Under the pieces are notes generated by a model. The model worked only from the letters and a program-made list of their open reading frames with translations, was not told the DNA's origin and searched no databases. A stretch of DNA of 64,000 nucleotides from Candidatus Thorarchaeota archaeon (lineage in GTDB: Archaea; Asgardarchaeota; Thorarchaeia; Thorarchaeales; Thorarchaeaceae): NCBI GenBank assembly GCA_963726195.1, contig CAVSBO010000004.1:32001-96000 (forward strand), in the 5' to 3' direction. Below, piece after piece: positions 11,900 through 23,894 of the stretch; positions within the stretch are counted from its first letter, which is position 1; each line of letters begins with the position of its first letter. A program made the position numbers and the translations under genes.

Positions 11900-11920
11900 C
11901 TCAGTCGATTCCAGAAGAAA
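11768..11920 (+). ncRNA. Putative TnpB omega-RNA (reRNA) scaffold plus flanking guide
   Basis: TTTAAAT at 11738-11744. Hairpin 11771-11797 with three G.U pairs. Stem gggcg/cgccc with loop GTCAAC (11807-11812) complementary to terminal GTTGAC (11894-11899). Confidence 0.6.
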
Positions 11921-11993
11921 ACCCTAAGAGCAATCGATACGTTGCTGTCCCAGAAGGACTGCTTTCTAACAGACTTGGGGTGACAGATGGCAA

Positions 11994-12351
11994 GTGGCAT
12001 CAACAGGTGTCTGTCCATCATGTGGCAACCAAATGAAGAGAGGATATATTGTTGCAGCCCAAGGCATGTGGTGGAACGACCACGTACCTAGCGTTATTTG
12101 TCGGAGTGGTGAGAAGCTTGCTTGGAGTTGGACGGGATGTGCATCCATTCCAGGATTCAAGTGTGACAACTGCAAATTAATCGTATGTTACCCGGGTGCG
12201 GAAACCGGCGGACAAGAGGATGAAACGTATCGCCTGTCCTCAGTGCGGCAAGACTTATTCCTTTACACATGCAAGCATGACTGAAGATGGTTCTTTGCGT
12301 TGCCCAGGCTGTGGCGATGATTTCCTGATTACCGATGCAGAAAGGCAGTGA
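11994..12351 (+). CDS. Double zinc-ribbon protein: PF20097-like domain plus an MJ0042-type finger (12220-12351), probably one gene with a frameshift
   Basis: CPSC...MKRGYI...CDNCKLIV, then MKRIACPQCGKTY...GSLRCPGCGDDF in the +1 frame. Confidence 0.6.
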
Positions 12352-12482
12352 TGGGAATTCCTCTTGTCTAACATGCACACACGCGAGCGGTGTTCAAGTC
12401 CACACGTTTTAATACGAGGGAGATTGAGTGTGGTTCAACGAAATGCTTGGAATTGAGTACCAAGCACTCCAAGGCGATGATA

Positions 12483-12884
12483 ATGAAAGGCTATGTCACT
12501 GCTATTGAGAAAGAGACCCGGAAGAACACTGATTTCCGCCGAGTGTTATACACAGGCAAGCACAGCCAACTTGTGCTCATGAATCTCAAACCCATGGAAG
12601 AGATAGGAGAAGAAGTGCACACTGATGTGGATCAGTTCTTCCGATTCGAAGCGGGAGAAGGGAAAGTCGTCATCGACGGTGTAGCGAGCCCTGTAAAGGA
12701 TGGAGACGCAGTTGTTGTCCCATCAGGCGCAAAGCACAACGTCATTAACACATCCAAGACGACTGAACTCAAACTGTATACAGTATACTCGCCTCCTGAG
12801 CATCAGGACAAGGTAGTACGCAAGACTAAGGCAGAGGCCCTAGCCAAGCCAGAGGAGTACGACGGCAAGCCTACTGAGAAGTAG
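12483..12884 (+). CDS. Cupin domain protein (mannose-6-phosphate isomerase-like)
   Basis: NTDFRRVLYTGKHSQLVLM, EIGEEVH, DQFFRFEAG, HNVINT, LKLYTVYSPPEH. Confidence 0.9.
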   Translation: MKGYVTAIEKETRKNTDFRRVLYTGKHSQLVLMNLKPMEEIGEEVHTDVDQFFRFEAGEGKVVIDGVASPVKDGDAVVVPSGAKHNVINTSKTTELKLYTVYSPPEHQDKVVRKTKAEALAKPEEYDGKPTEK

Positions 12885-13064
12885 AATTCGAATGCGGCGC
12901 AGCAACCTTCTGACATTGGCTGCCGCAGCCGGGCACTATTCACCGGGCCAAAGCACGACGGACCTATTCTTGAAAGCAATCTTCTTATCACGCGCTCATG
13001 CAATGCGCAATCAGTGAGGATTGAAGATACAGCTAAAGAAGCTGACGCGGTTCGGTGATTTCAT

Positions 13065-13986
13065 TTGATTGAAATTGAGAATCTGACTAGGAAGTTTGGT
13101 GATCTTACTGCGGTTGACAATCTCACATTGCATGTTGATGAGGGCGAGGTTTTCGGTTTCTTGGGACCGAACGGTGCAGGAAAGACCACTACCGTGAGGA
13201 TGCTTTGCTGCTTGATATCAAGGACCAGCGGCAAGGCTACGATAGGTGGTTTTGATATCAGTAACAAGGCTGACCAGCAGAAGATTAGAAGGATGGTCGG
13301 ATTGTTGACTGAAAACCCCGGTCTGTATGATAGCCTTAGTGCATACCAGAACCTAGATTTCTATGGTCGCCTGTACAAGATCCCTGAACAGCAGAGAAAA
13401 GAGAGAATAGATTACTTTCTCAAAATGCTTGAGCTCCAAGAGAAGAAGGACGTTGCTGCAGGAACATTCTCGAAAGGCATGAAACAGAAGCTGGCGATAG
13501 CTCGTGCCCTGATTCATGATCCTCAGGTTCTGTTCCTTGACGAACCAACGGCAAGTTTGGACCCAGAGGCCTCGAAGACTGTAAGGGACTTTATCCTTGA
13601 ACTGAAGAAAGAGAAGCGTACCATCTTTCTCAACACCCACCTTCTGGACGAAGCACAGAAAATCTGTGATAGAGTCGGGATACTGAAGACAAAGCTGAAT
13701 AGCTGTGGGCTCTCCGCAAGAGCTCGGACGGCCGCTTTTTGCGCGGAAGATTGTGGTTCAACTCGACCGTGTTAACGATGCAATTGTGGCGGCTGTGAAG
13801 AGAGTCGAGCCGGGCAAGATTGAGGTAGCTGGTAATCAGATTACCATCGAGGTCACTAACCCCGAAACGGAGAATCCTACCATAATCGACGCAATTAGAG
13901 CAGCTGGCGGACGAATCCAGTTTGTCAACGAACTTACTCCTAGTTTGGAGGATACTTATCTGAAATTGATCAGGGGTGGAAAATAA
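13065..13986 (+). CDS. ABC-2 transporter ATP-binding subunit, frameshift near 13700
   Basis: GPNGAGKTT, FSKGMKQK, LFLDEP, NTH; C-terminal PSLEDTYLKL in the second frame. Confidence 0.9.
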
Positions 13987-13988
13987 GA

Positions 13989-14724
13989 ATGGACCTAGGA
14001 ATCTCGTGGACAATCACGAAGAAAGACTTCAGCACATTTAGGAAACACAAGTACATTATCTACACATTGGTTCTTGTTCCACTCTTAATATCGATTCTCC
14101 TGCCCACAGTTATGTGGTACGTGCTTCAGAGGGGCGGGCCTCAGTCGTTAATCGTCCCGCAGCTGCTGGACGCATTTTCCTTCATCTTCGTTATATTGCC
14201 GGGCATTATACCGGCGACTATTGGTTCTTACAGCATCGTGGGCGAAAAGGTCGAGAAAAGTCTAGAACCACTTCTGGCGACACCAATAACCGACGGTGAG
14301 CTCTTGCTGGGAAAGGCGATCGCAGGTTTCCTGCCCACTCTGTTATCTACGTGGGGGGACTGTGGTATTCATGACCCTACAGGACGTGATAACTTACAAT
14401 CGGGTCTTCGATTATCTGTATTTTCCGAACTGGAACGTCGCAATCGTTCTATTGCTTGCCGTTCCACTCGTGTGCGCTCTGAGCGTTGGTCTGAACGTAG
14501 TCATCTCTTCCAGAACTAGCGACATAAGGACTGCTCAGCAGCTGGGATACGCTCTGCTTATCCCTTTTTTGGCTGTCTACATCTTGTTCGAAACCGGTAT
14601 CATTACATACGACCAAGACAGCTTGCTAATGATTTCGGGCATTTGCTTGATACTGGTCCTGCTCGTGATGTTCTTAGCCCGAGCCGTATTCCGCAGGGAA
14701 GAGATACTCACAAAATGGAAGTAA
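13989..14724 (+). CDS. ABC-2 transporter permease, frameshift near 14355
   Basis: SIVGEKVEKSLEPLLATPITDGELLLGK; about 6 TM segments; ends FRREEILTKWK. Confidence 0.85.
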
Positions 14725-14845
14725 TCGCCGCTTGAATCAGGTGCTTCGCTGAGGTTGTGAGATTGCAGGCCATTTCCCAAGAACAATGACGTGAGCTCTT
14801 CGTATTGGTCGGATGATGGAGACGGGAAAGCCGGCGCGAGAAGTT

Positions 14846-15625
14846 TCACGTAGTCGAAGGATGTTTAGGTGGAACCAGCCGCATGACGATTAGGCCCATG
14901 ATAAGAGCCAGTGGGAACGGGACAATTACACTAAACCATAACTGTAGACTCAGAAGGTACACTGTCACGAATAACACGCAACAAGAAACTAGACACACGA
15001 TATCAGACCGAACCTTGGCGCTTTCGGTTGCGGTTCCAAGGCGAGTCCTCCAAACAATAGCGCCTATGACAAGGAATAATGCAAGCGGGATCAGCACACC
15101 GAACCCGGACGGTCCACCCAACAAGTATGGAAGTGCTAGTAGTAGCACACACGATGGAACCAGACATATGATTCCGAATACATTGGTCCTTTCCCTCGTT
15201 GTGGTGCCTCGGTAGAGCCTCCAAAGCTGGCCCGTGAAAACAAGCTGAGGCACAGTCACGAAAATGAATGCAATGATTCCAATTTCCGGAGCACTCTGCA
15301 CATAGGTTAGGCCGCTAGTCAAGGGAATGTAAAACTCGCCGAAGGTGCCAAAGAGTATGAGCACATAAGGAATGTACAAACAGAAACCGGGAGCCGCGAA
15401 CGCGAGTAACGCCAACATGAATGCTACTCTGTTCATGTTCAAAGGTCGGTGAATCTGTGCACCCAATAGTAATAGAATGACGGGTGCGACGAGCAGCCAG
15501 TAGAGAACTGGCACCAAGAAGTAGCAAGTTAAGAGAACCAACAAAACGAACAAGAGCAGCAGTGGAAAACCATAGTTCCTTTGCCTCTTTTCCACAGGAC
15601 GCGACTCGGCTGGGCTCTCCGTCAT
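14846..15625 (-). CDS. Multi-pass membrane protein of unknown function
   Basis: About 8 hydrophobic segments; paralogous to the neighbouring upstream gene. Confidence 0.65.
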   Translation of the reverse strand: MTESPAESRPVEKRQRNYGFPLLLLFVLLVLLTCYFLVPVLYWLLVAPVILLLLGAQIHRPLNMNRVAFMLALLAFAAPGFCLYIPYVLILFGTFGEFYIPLTSGLTYVQSAPEIGIIAFIFVTVPQLVFTGQLWRLYRGTTTRERTNVFGIICLVPSCVLLLALPYLLGGPSGFGVLIPLALFLVIGAIVWRTRLGTATESAKVRSDIVCLVSCCVLFVTVYLLSLQLWFSVIVPFPLALIMGLIVMRLVPPKHPSTT

Positions 15626-15796
15626 TTTTCCTCCCCTTTTGTAAGCGGGGCAGATCATAGCCCAAATAATCCTTCCGTTCGTGGAAATCGTACTATTCGG
15701 AACCCTGTCAGAAATCCGCGTTCACCAATCTTGATACTGCGTGTCTCTCTGTTGCGAGTTCCGAGGATGTGATTGGTAGACCTCCAAGAGGTGATC

Positions 15797-16582
15797 CTAG
15801 AGACGAATGCGAGGCTTCGGACTTTGACAGTCTTCACGCGGTGAGGAACGTTGAGGTGGAAACAGCCACAAGACGATTAGACCAATGATGAGCGCAAACG
15901 GGAGCGGGAAGACACTGAAGGCTCGGGTGGTGGAATCAGGACGTACACAAGCAAGAGCATCATTCAAAACGGGACTTACTACAATACGCCAGAATCGCAT
16001 TGCGTATTTAGAAGTGGCCCCTTCGAAGTATCTCGAGAGGATTGCTAGGGAAATGATTTGGGGAATAACCTGTAGTCCAGTCAATACAATTCCCGTCGCG
16101 ATGTCGCCAAACATTGAGACGTATCCGTTGCTGAAGCGCATCCATATAGTTCCGAATGACCCGAAGAGAGCAATCATCTGGGACTAAGGCCGGCAGCAGA
16201 AGGCGCAACAACAGAAGGCAAATCACTGTGAGTGCCACTTTGTTTATGTCGAGCGGTTGACGTAGTTCCATGACCAACAGAATCAGAAACAAGGGGGCAC
16301 GATTATACAAGAGAGATGCTGTGCGAAGATGATACAGAGAAGAAGGACAACTGCAGCACAGAGGGCTAGCAGTTCAAAGTTGGAGTCTGCCGTTGGTCGC
16401 TCGGCTTCAACGGGCGCCCCACTCACGCTCTCAGTAGGCTTTGCACGGAATTGACTCTCGCGCGTTCCATTCTTCGCAGTGGGCAATACTCTGGAGTTGC
16501 CAGAATAGGGAAATACAATGGAACCTACATGCTCAGATGCCGCATACCTCACTCCTGCCATCGGCTTGGCAGGATGCCCCAT
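15797..16582 (-). CDS. Multi-pass membrane protein, tandem paralogue of 14846-15625, several frameshifts
   Basis: Fragments QPLDINKVAL / LFGSFG / PFALIIGLIV match RPLNMNRVAF / LFGTFG / PLALIMGLIV of the neighbour. Confidence 0.55.
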
Positions 16583-16705
16583 AAGCGTTCCGGTCTGAGG
16601 GTGTTATACTGATACAGATAGCGTATAGCTTGTCAGGACAGAAGTGCTGGACAGAACACTCAAATCACTATGTCGCTAGCGCGAGCACACTAGGTGAAAC
16701 ATTCC

Positions 16706-18255
16706 ATGCCAGATGACAGGTTTGGGCAACTTCAGAAGAAACGAGACGAACCAAACTCGGCGGCGAGGACCGATCAAAACAACATGAGGCCGGAAAGTAT
16801 ACAGCACGAGAGCGAATTGAGAAGCTGCTTGACCCGGGTTCTTTCGTCGAGTTTGACGAGTTCGTCGTTCATCGATGAAACTGACTTTGGACATGGACAA
16901 GAAGAAGATACTCGGCGACGGCGTCATCACCGGATGCGGCACAATCGACGGCCGAAAGGTGTTCATCTTCAGTCAGGACTTCACGGTCTTTGGCGGTTCG
17001 CTGTCTGAGATGTATGGGCTCAAAATATGCAAAGTCATGGATATGGCAATGGCAGACGGGAGCGCCCATGATAGGGCTAAATGATCGGCGCAGGTGCGCA
17101 GAGTCCAAGAGGGTCGTCAAAGTCTGCTGGCCTCGTATGCGTGTATTTTCCTCAGAAACACCCTATGCAGTGGCGTAATTCCCCAAATCTCGGCTATCAT
17201 GGGTCCTTGTGCAGGAGGAGCCGTTTACAGCCCCGCGGTGACCGATTTCACGCTTATGGTAAAGAACACATCCCACATGTTCATCACCGGCCCGGATGTT
17301 ATCAAGACGGTCACAGGCGAGGAGGTCACGATGGAGGAGCTGGGCGGTGCAATGACCCACAACTCGATTTCGGGTGTCGCCAGTTTTGCCAGTGAGAATG
17401 AGGAAGAGTGCTTTGCTCAAATACGGAAGCTCCTGAGCTATATGCCAAGCAATAATCTTGAGGAGCCGCCTCGCGTCAGCACGGGTCACGCACCTGATAA
17501 TGTCGATATGTCCGTTGACGAAGTTGTGCCTGATGATCCCAACAAACCATACGACATGCGCGATGTAGTCACAAAGGTAGTCGACAATGGTGAGTTCTTT
17601 GAGGTCCACGAGCACTGGGCGAAGAACATGATCGTGGGCTTTGCTCGCTTCGATGGTCGCTCAGTAGGCATTGTCGGGAACCAGCCCGCTCATCTTGCCG
17701 GAACCATTGACATCGATGCCTCGGACAAGTGCGCTCGATTTGTCAGGTTCTGTGACGCGTTCAACATCCCTCTCATTACGTTCATGGACGTGCCAGGTTA
17801 TCTCCCGGGGACAACACAGGAGTGGGGAGGAATAATCCGGCATGGTGCGAAGATTCTCTACGCCTTCAGTGAGGCAACAGTTCCCAAAATCACGATCATT
17901 ACTCGTAAGGCCTACGGCGGCGCGTATGACGTGATGAGCAGCAAGCACATCGGGGCTGACCTTGGTTTACGCTTGGCCGACCTCAGAGATTGCCGTAATG
18001 GGTCCGGACGGTGCGATCAACATCATCTTCAGAAAGGAGATTGATGAGGCCAAGAACAAGGAGAAGCGACGTGCTGAGCTCGTGAAGGAGTATCGCGACA
18101 AGTTCGCGAACCCTTACATTGCTGCGGAACTTGGCTACATTGACAAGGTGATTTTCCCTCACGAGACTCGGCCACTAATCTGTAAGGGACTGGAAATGCT
18201 TGCCAGCAAGAGGCAGAGCAGGCCGCCCAAGAAGCATGGCAACATCCCGCTATAG
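16706..18255 (+). CDS. pccB: Acyl-CoA carboxylase carboxyltransferase beta / transcarboxylase 12S-type subunit, multiple frameshifts
   Basis: [73 protein letters not shown]. Confidence 0.9.
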
Positions 18256-18338
18256 GTTGTCCATAGACGGTTCTAAGTCTCGGGCGGCGTTCCTCTCTCT
18301 GTCTGCTCTAGTGTTACTGGCTCACGACTCACCCGCGC

Positions 18339-21300
18339 CTAGCACCGGGGATACTGTTTGGCCACGTGGCTCACGACAGGAAGCGTGTACCAAGAGTAGT
18401 AAGTTCCCGAAGCCTGCACAACAGTGCTGAAGGTGTAGCTTTCGACATGGAAGTTGCCCGGTGATTTCCACACGGAGCCTGTCAGATCGAATTCCATGGC
18501 CACTGAAACAAACACTCTTGCTCCGGACGGAACGTTGGTTACGGTGATCGCATGCCCGTCAAAAGACACCGACACACTATCGTAAGACCTGGGATATAGG
18601 ACAATTCCGCCACGGCATGTGCAGTTCATGTACACATACATGAGCACCTGGTGGCCCGAAGGCAAGACCAACCAGACAGTGAGGCCTCTCATCGTAAAGT
18701 CCGAGGGCAAGCTGGGTGCAATGCTGAGAGTTGGAATCGATTCTGAAAGCTCGCTCTTCACGTCGATGTTGTACCAAAGCAGCCAGCTGCCCGTCATCAG
18801 AACGTAGCCTGCTCGTCGGTTATAGATGAAATAGACGTCGAGTGAATCCAATGGGGCGTACTTGCATGGAGGATAGGGATAGAACGATACGAATGAGGTG
18901 ACTTCGACCTCCGTCAACGTGAATACGGTTGACTTGGATAATTCCTCATTGCCTGCGTTGTCGACGCTATAGTAGTCAATCACGTTCATGCCAGCTGCGG
19001 CTGCGAAGTGGAAGGGCTCAGAGTACTCGATCCAGTCGGCTCCTATCCTGTAGTAGGTGTATGCCACGCCCGACATCGAGTCGGTTGCTGTCAGCGATAT
19101 CATGCCAGTTGTATGGTACGATTCGGTGCTCAGTTCTGTATCTGGGGGAGTCATGTCAATGTTGATATCAATTGCCTTCACTTTCTCGGTATTGCCCGCT
19201 GCATCGACACTGAAGAAGTAGAGCTTGAAAGTGCCTTCAGATGTCAGGTCGAACACTGTGACATAGGCGTTCCATGTGGCATTGTCGAAGCTGTAGTACG
19301 TGATTGAAATGCCCGAGATAGGGTCAGTTCCAACAAGTGTCACGTTGACATCCGATACGTACCAACCCAGATTTCCCACTTCGCCCTGCAGAACAGCCAC
19401 AGTTGTTGGAGGGCTCATGTCAATCGGGATGCTCATCAGTGCAGGGGTCTCCATGTTGCCAGCATAGTCCACCGATCGGTAGCAGAGACTTGTCGTTCCT
19501 TCGGTTCGAATAGCGATGGGTTCCGAGTAGGTGAACCAAGTATTGCCATCAAAGCTGTATTCACTGCAGGCAGTCCCTGAGGTCATGTCGGTGGCTGCGA
19601 GAACAACAGTGACTTCGGAAACATACCAGCCATTCGACCCGAGTCCACCTTGGATATCTGCCGTTGTTGTGGGTGAAGACTTATCTATGAGCAAGGTGAC
19701 TGACTGCGAAGCTTCTCTGTTGCCCGCGTTGTCGTAAGAGTAGTAAGCAATGTTCCAGATGCCTTCCTGAGCAATGACGAATGGCCCAGTATAATCGGTC
19801 CAGGTGAGGCCATCCAGCGAGTACACGACGCGTGCAATGCCCGATTCGCCATCGCTCGGTGTCAGTCTGACAGCAACGTCAGAAAGGTACCAATTGTTTT
19901 GTCCCGCTGTTCCACTTGAGCTCTACAGTCGTGACAGGCCTTGTCATATCGATAGAGACTGTGATGGACTGCATATCCTCTGTACTGCCCACATTATCGG
20001 CCGAATAGAAGTAGATGGTGAACACTCCATCGTTGTAGAACGTTAGAGGGTACTCATAGGTCGACCATGTAGTCTGATCAAAGCTATATTCTGTGTCAGC
20101 GACTCCTGAATAGCTGTCAGTCGGGACCAGTGTCATGGTCACCGCAGAGGTATACCAGTCGTTCAGTCCCAACTTACCATCGAGTATCGCAACCGTGGTC
20201 GGAGGGCTTCTATCAATTCCGAACGTCACGGAGTGCGCATCCTCTACATTTCCCGCTAAGTCCATGGACCTGAATGCGATCTCATGATTGCCGTCTTTAG
20301 TGATTGTCAGGGGCCCAGAGTATACAGTCCAGGCACCGCCATCAATGCTGCATTCACTGTAGGCGACTCCAGAAATCTCATCCGTTGCAGACAGAGTCAC
20401 TGTTACATCTGAAACATACCAACCCGCAGGCGGAAGGTTCCCTTCGATTGCTGCTGTGGTGACAGGAGAAATCATGTCAATCTGGACCGCCTCGAATCTT
20501 GACAGCTCGGTGTTGCCTGCATGGTCACTAGAGCAAAACAGTACTATGTGCACTCCTGTGCCTGAGAGCGTGATAGGACCATTGTATGTGGACCAGCTTA
20601 TGCCATCGTAGCTGTATTGGGTATCAGCGACTCCAGAAGCGCTGTCGCTAGCTGCCAAGGTTAGAGTGACGTCAGAACGATACCATCCGCCGGGACCAAG
20701 TATCCCGTCCAGACTGGCCATGGTAATCGGGGCGTTTGTATCAACCCGCACACTTTCGGTCTGGGTACTCTCTACATTGCCTGCTATGTCAGCTGACCTG
20801 AATGTCAACTGGTGCTGCCCGTCCTGAGATACTACGAACGGTCCATTATACACGACCCAGTCAGCGCCATCGATACTGTATTCCGTGTAAGCAATACCCG
20901 ATACTGCATCCTCCGAGGACAAGGTCACAGTCACGCACGAGAAATACCACCCCTCTAGGCCCAGGTTACCATCCAGACTTACTTCGGTCACTGGGGATGA
21001 CATGTCGATGTTGATTGTTACATTGTGGATCGACTCCGTGTTGCCAGCGAAATCCCTTGAGCAGTAGTAGATGATGGTACTCCCTTCAGAGCTCACATAG
21101 ATCGTTCCATAGTAGTCGGGCCACATGTACTTATCAAAGGAGTATGCCGTTTCAGAGACTCCACTGCTATCGTCCGAAGCTGACAGACTTATCTGGACAG
21201 GTGATGTATACCAGCCACTCAGTCCTGCCACGCCGGTCAACGCTACCGTTGTTACAGGTGGAATCATGTCCTCTCCAGGGGTATCAGTAGCTGGTGCCTC

Positions 21301-21426
21301 CGGAACCGTAACCCTCAAGGGATTCTCTGGGTTTCGCTGGGGCGTTATGGACGCCGTGTACTGAAGCCCAAGAAACAAGACTGCTACTACGATTGCAATC
21401 GCAGCCGTCTCTGAAATCCTATGCAA
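18339..21426 (-). CDS. Large secreted/surface protein with about 9 tandem Ig-like (OmpL47-type) repeats, frameshift near 19900
   Basis: N-terminal signal/anchor. Repeated ~88-aa unit D..PPVT...G..GWY.S.VTV.L.A.D..SG.A...YS.DG..W..Y..P.....G.H.I.F.S.D.AGN.E. Confidence 0.85.
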
Positions 21427-21851
21427 CGCTCAGTTTCCTCCAATGAACGACGCTGAATCGAGTCCAGCGCCAAAAGGTGGGGGCCTTGGGCCTTCGTGCT
21501 CAGACTCAATACTCAGGGGATGAGGCGGGTTTGGTGCGTGATAGTCGGTTCGTAATACCTATTATGATATAATCTTTCGGACAGCCAACTAATGGTCGGG
21601 CTGGATGGCTAAGGACTCGTACTTGAGCCAGATGAATTATTTCGGACGATTTTCGGTTAACCTATGAGAAGGCAAATAACGGTCGGGGCTAATGCGCAAA
21701 CTGTGCCGTCGTGACCGCGTTCTCAAATCCCAAAGCCCCGCCCCCGGACTCTGCTATTTGCCAATCCTTTTCTCAATACGTTTCAAGGGGTACTATGTGA
21801 CAGACGCGCAGTGTTTGCCGAGGTTCGGAAATGACTCGAGAATCTACATAC

Positions 21852-22998
21852 ATGGGTAGCTACCAAGGATACGAAGTAGGTCCAATAAGGCCGCCGAGCG
21901 AGGCCGAGAGCTTTCTGATTCGTGTAACACGCAACTGCGAGTGGAATCGTTGCACGTTCTGTCCTGTATACAAAGGGTCTTCGTTTTCCAGACGGTCGTC
22001 CGAAGATATCACGAGGGACATTGACCTCGTAGGCAAGCATCTGAACGGCCTACGGGAAACCTTCAACGAGCCCTCTCTTATGACAGGTCCCGAGCTGAAG
22101 GCTATAGTCAACAGAGTAGCCGCCGGAGAATCGGCGGCGTTCAATGCCGCGTTCTATTGGTTTGTGAACGGAATGAGGAATGTGTTTCTGCAGGACTCGG
22201 ATGCTCTTGCCACGGAGCCCTCGGTGCTAATCAAGATTCTGCGACACCTTAGGGAGAGTTTCCCTTCGATTGAGCGCATCACGTCTTACAGCCGATCAAG
22301 CACCATAGTTCGGATTAGAGAAGATGACTTGAAGGACATGCGAACTGCGGGACTCAATAGGATACATGTCGGTCTAGAATCAGGTTCGGACAAGGTCCTG
22401 AAGATGGTCAAGAAAGGCGCATCGAAGGAAATGCATCTGAAGGCAGGGCTGAAGGTCAAGAATGCTGGCATGGAGTTGTCGGAATACGTAATGCCCGGAT
22501 TGGGCGGTATTGAGTTGTCCGAAGAGCACGCTCTGGAGACTGCGGATGCACTCAATCAGATAGACCCTGACTTCATACGTCTGCGGACACTGGCAGTTTC
22601 GGATCGGGCGCCTCTGAGCGTGGACCGCACGTCGGGTCGTTTCCAAATGTGTCCAGATACCATGATTGTGAAGGAAATCAGGACCCTGATTGAGAACCTC
22701 CACGGCATCGACAGCGTCGTCAAGAGCGACCACATACTGAATCTGTTCGAGGATATTGAGGGAAAGTTGCCGCAAGATAGAGAGCCAATGCTCGCAGTCC
22801 TAGATGAGTTTCTGAACATGGAGCCGCAGAGAACAAGACCTGTACCGAATTGGCAGAAGGCTTGGCGTTTTCTTGAGCTTGAAGGACCTCAGTGATCCCG
22901 AGCGCGTTTCTCGAGTCAAGCAAATCTGCCAAGCCAATGGAATAACGTCCGAAAACATCGAATCGGTGATTGACAGGTTGTTGCAGAGTTTCATCTGA
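21852..22998 (+). CDS. Radical SAM protein, C-terminal frameshift near 22830
   Basis: GPIRPPSEA, CEWNRCTFC cluster motif, GLESGSD, PDFIRLRTL, SDHILN. Confidence 0.85.
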
Positions 22999-23176
22999 GA
23001 CGGCACACAGAACTAATCAACTTGACAAATGGTTAATGAAAGGAAAGTCATTCAAGGCTGCACGTCTTGAATTAGAATGAGGAGATTATCCTCATGCTCT
23101 CGCTCTGGAGCCGCTGCCATCGAAGACGACATAAAGCCAAACATGAGTTCGAGCGAGCAAGAGTTATTATGCAAAC

Positions 23177-23662
23177 GTGCTCGTATTTGTCTTGGTCGTG
23201 AATATCTTGTCAAAGAGCGGACTGTTCCCGGATGAGGCTGTCGACCTCAAGATGAGCTGTAAGTTCGAAGGGTCGAATGGAGAACTGGTAGTAACTGATA
23301 GAAGAGTGTTCTTCGTAAAACCCCGAGGTCTCGTGCACTCTATCAATTTCGGAGATATCACGCAAATGAAGGTCGAACCGGCTTTCCTAGGGGTGCAACT
23401 CGTGATCCTGACAGTCAGCGGCCCGTACAAGTATACTTGTAACAAGGTCGAAGGAGAAAGCGTTGTCCGTGCAATCGCGATGCGCAAGACTCAGGGTCCA
23501 AGCCGCCAGTTCCAGCCTGGAACTCAGTTCCAGCCTGTGACTATCGCTCAACCTGTTACACAACAGATTGTCAAAGAAGTGGTGCTTGTAGTCTGTCCCC
23601 ATTGTGGGGCGAGGAACGACGCCAGCAACAGAAAATGCGATAACTGCGGGGCTTCGATTTAG
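23177..23662 (+). CDS. PH-like domain plus C-terminal zinc-ribbon protein (true start probably near 23250)
   Basis: GELVVTDRRVFF...SINFGDI PH/GRAM-like pattern; CPHCG...CDNCGA. Confidence 0.7.
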   Translation: MLVFVLVVNILSKSGLFPDEAVDLKMSCKFEGSNGELVVTDRRVFFVKPRGLVHSINFGDITQMKVEPAFLGVQLVILTVSGPYKYTCNKVEGESVVRAIAMRKTQGPSRQFQPGTQFQPVTIAQPVTQQIVKEVVLVVCPHCGARNDASNRKCDNCGASI

Positions 23663-23894
23663 CCGGCGCGATTGTCCCGGACATAGGATCAGGCTTCATT
23701 GTCCCTCCCGTGGATTTGTTGTCATCCGAGGGCGCGAGGACACTAACATGTATATACGAGTGAACGTTAAATCCCAAAAGCTTCAAGCCAAAGGTGCGGT
23801 AGTCTGCGCCACATGCAGGTTCCGTGCTCGAAGGGACCCCCACGGAATCTGACTGCTCGGTCTGAACATTGCCGAATGTACAAGGTGATTGAGA

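Noticed and set aside
21730-21750. caaagccccgccccc as a second IS605 right end
   Set aside because: The complementary arm and the terminal GTTGAC/TCAC are missing.
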